A DNA stretch of 33,051 nucleotides, taken from positions 1-33,051 of the IMG/VR virus record IMGVR_UViG_3300037790_000142; one strand, given 5' to 3'. Each line of letters opens with the position of its first letter. Within the stretch, counting starts at the first letter, position 1. A program made the translations under genes and the position numbers. Below the pieces are notes generated by a model. It ran no database searches. It was not told the DNA's origin and saw nothing but the letters and a program-made list of their open reading frames with translations. This document shows, one piece after another, positions 1 through 8,425 of this stretch. The DNA is from a virus (Duplodnaviria > Caudoviricetes).

Positions 1-1023
1 CTATCTCCTGGCCATGACGCCGCAGATACGGCCGATGATGTGGACGCGTTCGAGCTCGACCTCGTCGGTCTCAAGCGCCGGGTTATCGGAGATAATCCGG
101 ACGCGGGGAGGATCCGAGAAAGGAACGCGCTGCAGGCGCTTGATCTGCGGCTCGGAGTAACCGTCGGAGATCGCGTAGACCGTATCGGCGACCAGCCTGG
201 TCTGGGCCAGGTCGACGAGGACACGGTCTCCGGGCTGATAGGTCGGCTGCATCGAATCGCCGACGATCTCCATGACGATTGTCCGAGATGCGTTGGCCTC
301 GATCACCCCCTTGAGAAAGCTCTCGGGCAGAACCCATTCCGCAACGACCCTATGGCCGCTCATTCCGCCGTTCGCGCCTACTGAGAGGAGCTGGCCAACA
401 GTACCCTCGCCAGCGCCCAAGCGTACATCAATCTCAGGGCGAGCACCTGGCAGCTTTGCCTTCCAAGTTTCGTGTGAGTAGCCCTCGTCATTCTGCTCGG
501 CGTCAGGATCATATGAACCAACGATTGGCTTTGCCGATCTATGTTCCGTGTCTATCGCGGCGGGGGTATCCTCGCCGGAAGTTATGTCAGGGACGCCGTG
601 CCCGATGTAGCTCATATACAGCGCGTGGCCACTTTCCTTGCCATAGAGGTTGACCATCTGCTCAAGCTCCTCATTCGACGGTACCAACCGCAAATGAGCC
701 CTAGATGCGCTAGGGGGAAGTTGCGTCCTGGACGCCCTCACTATCTCCTTGATCTTCGCCGCCTTGGCTCTCATGAGCTTCAGGAACTCACCTGATCGCG
801 GTTGTCGCTTTCCTGTCCGGTAATTGTCCACAGAGGACAACCCAACTCCCATTATCTTCGCCGCTTCAGAGCGGCCGCCAACAATTTCCACTGAGGCAGT
901 AATTGCTGCAGCCATATCGGCGTCGTCCTTTTCCAACTCAGTCCAGTTGGGCGAGAACTGGGCCAATGCCTGGCGCACTTCACCTATCTTGATCTCCACA
1001 TAAGTGGGCTTTTTTCCGCTCAT
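1..1023 (-). CDS. Phage repressor, XRE HTH + S24 autopeptidase (CI/LexA-like)
   Basis: HTH GGRSEAAKIMGVGLSSVDNYRTGKRQP; Ala-Gly site GAGEG; catalytic Ser in GDSMQP, Lys in IKRL; divergent from ner. Start uncertain (ATG 1023 or 915). Confidence 0.9.
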   Translation of the reverse strand: MSGKKPTYVEIKIGEVRQALAQFSPNWTELEKDDADMAAAITASVEIVGGRSEAAKIMGVGLSSVDNYRTGKRQPRSGEFLKLMRAKAAKIKEIVRASRTQLPPSASRAHLRLVPSNEELEQMVNLYGKESGHALYMSYIGHGVPDITSGEDTPAAIDTEHRSAKPIVGSYDPDAEQNDEGYSHETWKAKLPGARPEIDVRLGAGEGTVGQLLSVGANGGMSGHRVVAEWVLPESFLKGVIEANASRTIVMEIVGDSMQPTYQPGDRVLVDLAQTRLVADTVYAISDGYSEPQIKRLQRVPFSDPPRVRIISDNPALETDEVELERVHIIGRICGVMARR

Positions 1024-1061
1024 CAATTGACACGCACACATTTGTGGGCAAATATGCCCAC
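996..1061. promoter_or_regulatory. Early promoter/operator region
   Basis: TTGACA 1027-1032, 17 nt, AAATAT 1050-1055; repeat CACATwwGTGGGC at 997-1009 and 1037-1049; inverted repeat GTGGGCA-AATA-TGCCCAC 1044-1061. Confidence 0.7.
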
Positions 1062-1082
1062 GTTCGCAGATAAACCAACCCG

Positions 1083-1105
1083 AAAAAAGGGGCCTGTCCG
1101 CCCCT
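1083..1105 (-). terminator. Putative intrinsic terminator on minus strand in ner leader
   Basis: Minus strand reads AGGGGC-GGACAG-GCCCCT-TTTTT. Confidence 0.45.
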
Positions 1106-1127
1106 GATTCCGATACCGGAGATCACT

Positions 1128-1433
1128 ATGCACGGCACGACTTCCAGAGTCGATCCAAGGGTGGAGGAGCAGGCCCGCATCAAGGCCCTGCTTTCCCAGG
1201 CCGGGATCACGCTTGCGGATATCGACCGCAAATACCGCCTTACCGACGGGGCGGCGCGCAACGCCATGCGCGAGCCCAACCAGAAGGGCGAGCGTGCGAT
1301 CGCCGCTGCTCTCGGCACGAAGCCACATCTTCTGTGGATGACCCGTTACAGGCCGTCCGGTCAGCGACGATCACCCCAGGAGTGGACACGGGTTCCGACG
1401 CTCAAGCAACGCCGAAACGAACAGGCGGCGTAG
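1128..1433 (+). CDS. ner: Ner/Nlp-like HTH transcriptional regulator
   Basis: IKALLSQAGITLADI...GERAIAAALGTKPHLLW..RY matches Ner family pattern; GGAGA RBS; position opposite repressor. Confidence 0.9.
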   Translation: MHGTTSRVDPRVEEQARIKALLSQAGITLADIDRKYRLTDGAARNAMREPNQKGERAIAAALGTKPHLLWMTRYRPSGQRRSPQEWTRVPTLKQRRNEQAA

Positions 1434-1435
1434 AC

Positions 1436-1618
1436 ATGGAACCCGCTCGAACAGACCTCACCGGCACCCGGCTCGAAGCCCTGTCGCGTCCGCCGATGTC
1501 GCCCTGCGGCCAGCTGATGCTGATCGCGGTTATCGCGGCTCTGTCGCTTTTCGTTGCCGGGCTGACGGTGCGAGCGCTGATGATCGGCGAAGAGACCTAT
1601 CAGGCCGAGAGGGTTTGA
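1436..1618 (+). CDS. Small single-TM membrane protein
   Basis: ATG 2 nt after ner stop; hydrophobic LMLIAVIAALSLFVAGLTV. Confidence 0.55.
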   Translation: MEPARTDLTGTRLEALSRPPMSPCGQLMLIAVIAALSLFVAGLTVRALMIGEETYQAERV

Positions 1619-1755
1619 GGGTGATCCGCAGTCTCAAACGGGCCTTTGAAGCGATGCGCCGCTTCCTGGAGCGCCGACGTGCATGTCTTCCTCGTGACGC
1701 TTGTCAGCGTCATCTGGGCAATCGCGCTCATGATTTTCGTACCGGAGTACCAGCC

Positions 1756-2103
1756 ATGAACTGCTACAGCGAAACCGAGCTTTACGAACTGACCTTCCGG
1801 GTGTGCGTGGCATCGGTGAAGGAAGCCTTCCCGCATATCCCACTGGCCAACATCATCAAGCCACCGCGCAGCCAGTTCGACGCCGTGCTTGCGCGCCAGA
1901 TCGCGCTTCACTTGATGGTCGCGAGGTTTGGCCTGGTCAAGCACCGGGCGGGCGCACAGATCAACCGCTCAAGGGAGAGCGTGAACCGTGCGCTGGCGGC
2001 GATCGATATCCGCCTCGAAGAGCCCGAGTTCGAAGCGCAGTACCAGATCATGGCGGACCGGGCAGAGAACCTTTTCCAGAACAAGCTTCTGGAGGTCGCG
2101 TGA
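1756..2103 (+). CDS. DnaA domain IV-like HTH protein
   Basis: IPLANIIKPPRSQFDAVLARQIALHL...INRSRESVNRALAAI resembles DnaA C-terminal domain; GGAG RBS before ATG 1756; stop overlaps next ATG. Confidence 0.65.
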   Translation: MNCYSETELYELTFRVCVASVKEAFPHIPLANIIKPPRSQFDAVLARQIALHLMVARFGLVKHRAGAQINRSRESVNRALAAIDIRLEEPEFEAQYQIMADRAENLFQNKLLEVA

Positions 2104-2948
2104 TGGCTGTCTCGAAGAGCATCAAACTTTCCGATATTCACGTTTCCGACCGGCTGCGGGCTGTCGACGAGGACCATGCGCTCGCGATCCAGGCCTCTAT
2201 CGTCGAGCACGGGCTTTTGAACCCGGTGACGGTGCGACAAACGCCGAATGGCGAGCGAGGTTACTCCCTCGTCGCGGGCGCGCACCGATACCGTGCCGTC
2301 GAGCTTCTGGATGAAGACGAGATCGACGCGGTGGTGGTCAAGGCCAATGCCGACGAGGCGGTTCTCTTGGAGATCTCCGAGAACCTATTCCGCAACGATC
2401 TGTCGGTTATCGACCGGGCTGTGTTCGTTGAGACCTACCGCGATGTTTGGGAGAAAACCCGCGGCGAAATCAGACCCGGCAACCCTCAACTCTCCAATAG
2501 GGACAAGTTGTCCCAATTGGGAAACTCACCTATCGATCTGATCGCGCAGGAGGCCGAGAAGGGCTTTTCGCGGGTCTGTGCCGACCGCTTGGGCGTATCC
2601 GCCAAATCGATCCAGCGGCTTAACACCATTGCACAAAACCTGCCGCGCGAACTGCGTCATCAGATCAGCGGCACTCCGATCGCCGACAACCAGAGCCAAT
2701 TACTCAGACTCGCCAAGCTGGAGCCTTCCCAAAGGGCCAAGGCCCATATCGCGCTTCGCGAAAGCAAGGGCGACTTCAAGGCCGCGATGGAGCTGATAGA
2801 GCCGCCGGCAAAGAAGCCCGATCCGGAAATGCAGGTCCTCTCCCGGCTGATCGACGCCTGGGAGCGCGCCAAGCCGGCAACCCGCAAGAAATTCATGGCC
2901 CATGCCGGTCTATCCGCCGAGTCCAACGCGAAGGATGGCGCGTCATGA
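2103..2948 (+). CDS. ParB/Spo0J-like protein (ParB N-terminal CTPase fold + HTH)
   Basis: SIVEHGLLNPVTV, LVAGAHRYRA (GxxRxxA), ENLFRNDLS; HTH CADRLGVSAKSIQR; TGATG coupling. Confidence 0.88.
   Translation: MAVSKSIKLSDIHVSDRLRAVDEDHALAIQASIVEHGLLNPVTVRQTPNGERGYSLVAGAHRYRAVELLDEDEIDAVVVKANADEAVLLEISENLFRNDLSVIDRAVFVETYRDVWEKTRGEIRPGNPQLSNRDKLSQLGNSPIDLIAQEAEKGFSRVCADRLGVSAKSIQRLNTIAQNLPRELRHQISGTPIADNQSQLLRLAKLEPSQRAKAHIALRESKGDFKAAMELIEPPAKKPDPEMQVLSRLIDAWERAKPATRKKFMAHAGLSAESNAKDGAS
2494..2520. repeat. 27-bp imperfect palindrome inside ParB-like gene
   Basis: CCAATaGGGACAA-G-TTGTCCCaATTGG; 12 of 13 arm positions pair. Confidence 0.85.
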
Positions 2949-3412
2949 GCAAGGGCCACCCGGATCAACTCGGGCTGTTCGACGACCGGCTCTACCCGGA
3001 ACGGATCGAAGCCCAATCGGTGGACCTCGATCGGTTCCGCTCCGAGATCAAGCGGGCCATGAGCCGTGCCATCCGTGAAAGCGGCTATGACCGGCACACG
3101 ATTGCGCTGCGCATGGCGCAGTATCTCGGCCTACCGAACCTCTCGAAAACCACGCTCGACGCCTACACGGCAGAAAGCAAGGACAGCCACGACATCAGCC
3201 TGTTGCGCTTCTCCGCCTTCGTTCACGCAACGAACGCCAAGTGGCTGTTCGACGTAGTGGTCGCCAAGGCCGGAATGACAGTTCTGGAGGGCTCAGAAGC
3301 CAAGCTCGCCGAGATCGCGTTGCTTCACCAGGAGAAGCGCCAGATCGACGCGAAGCTGAGGAAGCTTCGCGCCCGACCGATCGAGCCCAAGAGCTGGAGG
3401 CGGCGTCCATGA
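2945..3412 (+). CDS. Putative DNA-binding/regulatory phage protein with N-terminal QLGLF motif
   Basis: ATGA overlap; HTH-like RHTIALRMAQYLG..LSKTTLDAYT; typical location upstream of transposase. Confidence 0.75.
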   Translation: MSKGHPDQLGLFDDRLYPERIEAQSVDLDRFRSEIKRAMSRAIRESGYDRHTIALRMAQYLGLPNLSKTTLDAYTAESKDSHDISLLRFSAFVHATNAKWLFDVVVAKAGMTVLEGSEAKLAEIALLHQEKRQIDAKLRKLRARPIEPKSWRRRP

Positions 3413-3630
3413 AGGTGTCGCTGATTGGTCAGATCACGGAAGTCGACCGCGAGATCTCGCTTCGGGAGCGTGTTTATCCCGAGCAGATCCGGCGTGGAAA
3501 GATGCGGCAGGCGGAAGCCGAGTTGCTGATCGGACGCATGCAGGCGGTTCGGGCGAGCCTCGCATTCCTGCAGGAAAACGAAGCCGACATCCGGGCGATG
3601 GTTGCGGCGCGGAAGGCGGCGCAAGCATGA
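3409..3630 (+). CDS. Hypothetical phage protein
   Basis: ATGA overlaps at both ends; GGAGG RBS; 73 aa helical. Confidence 0.75.
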   Translation: MKVSLIGQITEVDREISLRERVYPEQIRRGKMRQAEAELLIGRMQAVRASLAFLQENEADIRAMVAARKAAQA

Positions 3631-5573
3631 AGCAGTTTTACACCCTTGCAGAAGTCTCCGACGCGATGGGGATCACCCACGAGGCGGCACGGAAGGCAGC
3701 GGCAAACGCCGGATGGAAGCACCAGCAAGGCAAAGCCAGAAAGCGGCCCGGGCGCGGGGGCGGATGGGAGTATCACTACTCGCTCTTGCCGCAGGCAACA
3801 CAGGCGCGATTGATGATGGCGCATGGCGCGACGGCCAATGACGGCCGCGATCCGGCAGAGGATGCCCGGGCCGGGCTCTGGGCCGGTTACGAGACACTCT
3901 CGAAGGAACGCAAAGCCGTATGCGAACTTCGCCTGAAAGCCGTCTGCAGCGTTGCCGCGCTGATCGCCGAAGGCATGAGCGAGACTGCTGCCGTGTCGTG
4001 CGCCGCGAAGCAGCACGGCGCCAGCCCGCGCGCCGTCCGGAACTGGCGCGGCCGCATCAAGGGAATAGATCGTCAGGACTGGCTTGCAGCACTTGCAGAC
4101 CAGTATCAGCCAACCGCCAAGTTCACCGAATGCGACCCGCAAGCCTGGGCGGCTCTCAAGAGCGATTACCTGAGGCCAGAGGCACCGGCGTTCTCAGCTT
4201 GTTACCGACGGATGAAGGCTGCGGCCAAAGACCAAGGCTGGTCGCCAATTCCTACCGAGCGTGCCCTTCGGAGACGGCTCGAAGCCGAAGTGCCCAAACC
4301 AGTGATGGTCGCCGCACGCAAGAAGCGCGATCAGGTCAAAAACCTCTATCCGGCGCAGCGGCGCGACCGGTCGATGCTTCATGCCATGGAAGCGGTCAAC
4401 ATGGACGGTCACAAGTTCGATGTCTTCGTCAGATTGCCGGGACAGGACAAGCCAACCCGAGTGATCCTTCTCGCCCTGCAGGATCTCTATTCGGGCAAGA
4501 TGGTTGCCTGGCGGCTATCGGCTTCGGAAAACAAAGACACTGTCCGCCTCGTGATTGGCGACATGGTCAGCCGGCACGGCATTCCCGACAAGTTCCTCCT
4601 CGATAACGGCCGGGCCTTCGCTTCGAAATGGATCACAGGCGGCGCACCGAACCGGTACCGGTTCAAGGTGCGGGACGAAGATCCCCAAGGTCTGCTTACA
4701 ACACTCGGCACCGAGATCATCTGGGCGACGCCCTATTCGGGTCAGTCAAAGCCGATCGAGCGGGCCTTCCGCGACCTTGCCGAGGACATCGCCAAGCATC
4801 CGTTCTGCGCGGGCGCCTACACCGGCAACACGCCCGATGCAAAGCCAGAAAACTACGCCTCAAGGGCGATCCCGTTTGCGGATTTCAAGGTCCATGTCGA
4901 CCGGATGATTGCCGAACACAATGCGCGACCCGGCCGCCGCAGCGGGAATGCCGACGGCCGTTCCTTCGACGAGACATTCACCGCGTCTCTCAACCAACCC
5001 ACGACAATTGTTCGGTGGCCGACCGAAGCGCAGCGGGCACTTTGGTTGCTCGCCGCCGAACGGATCCGGACCAAGAAGGGCTCCGGCGAAATCGAGATCT
5101 TCGGCAACCGATACTGGAGTGCCGAACTCGGCGCGATTGCCGGGAACCATGTGACCGTCCGTTTTGATCCGGACAATCTGCACCTTCCGATCCGCGTCTA
5201 CGACGATCGTGACAACCTGATTTGTGTCGCCGAGTGCCTGGACGATGCCGGGTTCTTCGATACGGGCGCTGCGCGCGATCATGCCTCCAAGCGGAACGCG
5301 CTTACCAAGGCGATGCGGGAGAGCGCTCGACTGCACGCCGAACTCTCCCCGGACGCACTCGCGGAAATCTACGGATCCGGAAAGGCGGTGCCGGAACCAA
5401 AGCCCGAACCACCGAAATTCAAGCGGGTCGCCAACGGCGGTGTGCGGCCCGCAGAGCAGCCGAATGCCGAATGGGATGAAGCGGCCGAGGCCGACTTCAG
5501 CCGGGCACTCAGGATGCTTGAAGAGAACGTAATCGAATTCCCCGCGAGCGGTGGGGAGAAGGCGGGCCGATGA
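3627..5573 (+). CDS. muA: Mu-type DDE transposase A
   Basis: N-terminal Mu HTH (GRGGGWEYHYSLLP); catalytic D (MDGH), D (LDNG), E (SKPIER); C-terminal VRFDPDNL domain. Confidence 0.96.
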   Translation: MKQFYTLAEVSDAMGITHEAARKAAANAGWKHQQGKARKRPGRGGGWEYHYSLLPQATQARLMMAHGATANDGRDPAEDARAGLWAGYETLSKERKAVCELRLKAVCSVAALIAEGMSETAAVSCAAKQHGASPRAVRNWRGRIKGIDRQDWLAALADQYQPTAKFTECDPQAWAALKSDYLRPEAPAFSACYRRMKAAAKDQGWSPIPTERALRRRLEAEVPKPVMVAARKKRDQVKNLYPAQRRDRSMLHAMEAVNMDGHKFDVFVRLPGQDKPTRVILLALQDLYSGKMVAWRLSASENKDTVRLVIGDMVSRHGIPDKFLLDNGRAFASKWITGGAPNRYRFKVRDEDPQGLLTTLGTEIIWATPYSGQSKPIERAFRDLAEDIAKHPFCAGAYTGNTPDAKPENYASRAIPFADFKVHVDRMIAEHNARPGRRSGNADGRSFDETFTASLNQPTTIVRWPTEAQRALWLLAAERIRTKKGSGEIEIFGNRYWSAELGAIAGNHVTVRFDPDNLHLPIRVYDDRDNLICVAECLDDAGFFDTGAARDHASKRNALTKAMRESARLHAELSPDALAEIYGSGKAVPEPKPEPPKFKRVANGGVRPAEQPNAEWDEAAEADFSRALRMLEENVIEFPASGGEKAGR

Positions 5574-5589
5574 GTGGTGGGTAAGGCCC

Positions 5590-5616
5590 AAAAAAAACGG
5601 GCGGGAAAACCCGCCC
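5590..5616 (-). terminator. Intrinsic terminator on minus strand between muA and muB
   Basis: Minus strand reads GGGCGGG-TTTT-CCCGCCC-G-TTTTTTTT. Confidence 0.7.
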
Positions 5617-5642
5617 AAACCAACTGTACGAGGAAACCCTAG

Positions 5643-6692
5643 ATGACGACAGCATCAATTGCAACACTGCCGCAAGCCAACGGTTCGGCCAACACGTGGG
5701 CACCGCCCGCGCAGACGCCCGATATTTCCGGGAACCGGCCCGGCCGCTCGGAGGCCGATCTCAAAGCCTGGAGAGAACTCACCGCCGGGGTCGCCGATTT
5801 CGGCCAGCTCAATGGTTGGACAAAGGTCGAGGTCGCAAGCCGGATCGGGATGGCCGAGGGTACATTCAGCGCCTGGTATTCGGGAAAGTATGACGGCCGT
5901 CTCGAACCCCAGAACGAAAAGGTCAAGCGTTGGCTCGATTCGGTCGAGGAGATGTCGGGGCTTGCAGCCACGGTTCCGGTGAGCCCGGGCTTCATTCTGA
6001 CCCGGACCGCGCATGAGATCACAGAAACCCTGGTCTACGCCCAGATGATGAACGATCTGGTGACGATCACGGCCGCGGCAGGAACGGGCAAGACCGCCGC
6101 CTGCAAGCAATTCGCCAGCACGAGGCCGAATGTTCACATGGTCACGATATCGCCGCACACCAAGACGGTGCATGGCTTGCTGGTCGAACTGGCTGACGCG
6201 CTCAACCTCACGCAGCACAATCCCGCCAAGCTGGTCCGAGCGATTGGCAAGCGGCTGCTGAACAACGGCTCCGGCTCGATGCTGATCGTGGACGAGGCCC
6301 AGAACCTGATCGACAACGCGGTAGATCAACTCCGCCATTTTGTCGATCTCTACTCCTGCGGCGTCGCCCTGGTCGGCAATGAAGAAATCTACTCCCGGTT
6401 TACGCGCAGCACGGACGGGCCGTCCTACGCCCAGATCAAGCGCAGGATCGGCAAGCGCCTGAAGCTCGCCAAACCTCGGCCGGAAGACATCAATGCGCTT
6501 CTGGACGCATGGAAGATCGCCGATCCGGATGCACGCAAGGTGCTGATCGGGATCGGCATGAAGCCCGGCGCGCTGGGTCAGATCGACAAGACACTCAAGC
6601 TTGCCGGCATGCGCGCCGCAGGCGCCGGCAAACCGGTGGACGCCGACATGATCCGCGCCGCCTGGCAGAACCGCGACGTGGAGGGCCTATGA
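5643..6692 (+). CDS. muB: MuB-like AAA+ transposition ATPase
   Basis: N-terminal HTH; Walker A AAAGTGKT; Walker B LIVDEAQ; GVALVGN; directly after transposase. Confidence 0.95.
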   Translation: MTTASIATLPQANGSANTWAPPAQTPDISGNRPGRSEADLKAWRELTAGVADFGQLNGWTKVEVASRIGMAEGTFSAWYSGKYDGRLEPQNEKVKRWLDSVEEMSGLAATVPVSPGFILTRTAHEITETLVYAQMMNDLVTITAAAGTGKTAACKQFASTRPNVHMVTISPHTKTVHGLLVELADALNLTQHNPAKLVRAIGKRLLNNGSGSMLIVDEAQNLIDNAVDQLRHFVDLYSCGVALVGNEEIYSRFTRSTDGPSYAQIKRRIGKRLKLAKPRPEDINALLDAWKIADPDARKVLIGIGMKPGALGQIDKTLKLAGMRAAGAGKPVDADMIRAAWQNRDVEGL

Positions 6693-7015
6693 TGGCAGCC
6701 GCTGTTGCAAGAACCTCTCCGATCAGCGGCGAGTTCGAGATGATGGCCAAGCTGGTCGCCGACAACACCGGCGACGAAGGGCTGATCCTCGAACCTCACA
6801 AGGCGCAGATGCTGCTCGAACGGCTCAACAAGATCAGGGCAAAGATTGCCCTGCTGGAAGACGAACTGGGCGTCCATCGCATTCGCGAACAGGACCAAGC
6901 CGTTGGGGGTGTCCTCGGGGACCTGACCCTCGAAGTGATGCAGGACGGCCTGCTCGAAGGCGCGTCTGACACTCCCGTCGTCTATCCGGATTTCACGAAA
7001 GGAAAGCGGTCATGA
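6689..7015 (+). CDS. Hypothetical protein
   Basis: ATGA coupling, GGAGGG RBS; coiled-coil-like core. Confidence 0.7.
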   Translation: MMAAAVARTSPISGEFEMMAKLVADNTGDEGLILEPHKAQMLLERLNKIRAKIALLEDELGVHRIREQDQAVGGVLGDLTLEVMQDGLLEGASDTPVVYPDFTKGKRS

Positions 7016-7332
7016 GCGAGTTTCTCTCCGGCCACCTGAAGGCCACCAGAGATGTGCTCAAGGGGCACGCCCATGGCGGCAAGACCTTCTCGGCCGACGA
7101 GATCGTCGGCTTCGTCGAACACCTGGACAACCTCGCGCGGCTGGCAATCGCTATGGAGAACGACCTGTCCCGGTACCGCTGGAACGACCTCGCCAGGCGC
7201 GAACGTCCGGTCGAGCCTCAAGCCGCTCCGGCCGACAATGTCATCCTGTTTACCGGCGTTCGCCGCGAACGGCTCGGACCTTCCGGTGGCGACACCGGTG
7301 GCAACAATACGGGCGGCGGGGGCGCCGCGTGA
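7012..7332 (+). CDS. Hypothetical protein (possible paralog of upstream gene)
   Basis: ATGA coupling, AAGGA RBS. Confidence 0.72.
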   Translation: MSEFLSGHLKATRDVLKGHAHGGKTFSADEIVGFVEHLDNLARLAIAMENDLSRYRWNDLARRERPVEPQAAPADNVILFTGVRRERLGPSGGDTGGNNTGGGGAA

Positions 7333-7760
7333 GCGCCGCCGCAAAGAGGGACTCCGGGTCTCGGGATCAGGTCAACGCTGTTGACCTGGCTGAGGCGCTT
7401 GTCGCGAACCGAAGGGTCGCCATCGGTCTTCCGATCGACCAGATCCGCGATCTTGCCGCGGCGCTTCTGATCTACGACCAGCAGCTCGAAGACGCGAACC
7501 GGCGCATGGCGGCAATGATGCTTGCCGAGGATCAGCCACCCACTCCCAAGCCCGAGGTCAAACCACAAACGAAGCCGGTTCACGTGCCAATTGTCACCGG
7601 TGGAAACGCGCAGCTAACCGCAGCACTCGAAGGCCTGGTCGAGGCTCGCTGGCACCTTGAGCAGGAACGCCACAGCGCGGGCGAAAACCTCGCCCGGCAA
7701 AAGTTCGAAAAGGCGGCGGTCGCCGTCTGCAATCACGTCACACCGAAAAAGAGGACATGA
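7329..7760 (+). CDS. Hypothetical protein
   Basis: GTGA coupling; fills operon without gap. Confidence 0.68.
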   Translation: MSAAAKRDSGSRDQVNAVDLAEALVANRRVAIGLPIDQIRDLAAALLIYDQQLEDANRRMAAMMLAEDQPPTPKPEVKPQTKPVHVPIVTGGNAQLTAALEGLVEARWHLEQERHSAGENLARQKFEKAAVAVCNHVTPKKRT

Positions 7761-8425
7761 CCATGAACACGGCAGTCATTCTGGAAGAACGCGCCCAAGA
7801 GGGCATCACGATGGTCAACGGCAAGCCCTACATGGCCGACGCCAAGGGCGCGCTGGTGCCGCTCGAAATGGTAAAGCCTGCTGACAAGCTCGAAGACGAG
7901 ACGGTTCGCAAGATCATGGGGTTTGCCCGCGATCTCTCGGCCCAGATCGCCCGGTTCCGCGGTCACACCATGACCGATCTCGGCGAATTCGATGCGCTGC
8001 TCGACCAGGAGTACGGCACGAAGAAGGGCGGGAAGAAGGGCAACCGGACCTATCAGACGATCGACGGCCTTATGCGGGTGACCGTGTCGGTCGCGGATTT
8101 TGTCGACTTCGGGCCGCAGTTGCAGGTGGCCAAGACGCTGATCGACGAATGTCTGAACGAGTGGTCGGCGGACAGCCGGCCGGAGATCCGCGCCATCGTC
8201 ACCCGCGCCTTCAACACCGACAAGGAAGGCCAGATCAACCGCTCCGAGATCTTCATGCTGCTGAGGATGCAGATCGAGGACGAGCGCTGGCTCAAAGCAA
8301 TGGAAGCGATCCGCGACGCGATGCGCGTGACCGGCTCCAAGGAATATGTCCGGTTTCATGTTCGTGAGCGGATCACTGATACATGGCAGGCAGTGACGAT
8401 CGATCTCGCCAAGGCAGGTGCGTGA
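7757..8425 (+). CDS. DUF3164-family Mu-like phage protein
   Basis: YMADAKGALVP, GGKKGNRT, FGPQLQVAKTLIDECL, AFNTDKEG, GSKEYVRF motifs. Confidence 0.88.
   Translation: MTMNTAVILEERAQEGITMVNGKPYMADAKGALVPLEMVKPADKLEDETVRKIMGFARDLSAQIARFRGHTMTDLGEFDALLDQEYGTKKGGKKGNRTYQTIDGLMRVTVSVADFVDFGPQLQVAKTLIDECLNEWSADSRPEIRAIVTRAFNTDKEGQINRSEIFMLLRMQIEDERWLKAMEAIRDAMRVTGSKEYVRFHVRERITDTWQAVTIDLAKAGA

Noticed and set aside
824-840. TTGTCC-N5-GGACAA in the repressor as a second ParB site
   Set aside because: Half-sites have the opposite arrangement and different spacing from the parB palindrome; a 6-bp dyad is expected by chance
1803-2102. N-terminal extension of the ParB-like ORF (381 aa version)
   Set aside because: Overlaps the DnaA-IV-like gene; ATG 2103 has a GGAGG RBS and TGATG coupling
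5590-5616. A AAA AAC plus hairpin as a muA-muB frameshift signal
   Set aside because: It lies after the muA stop (5573) and the hairpin abuts the heptamer; it fits a reverse terminator better
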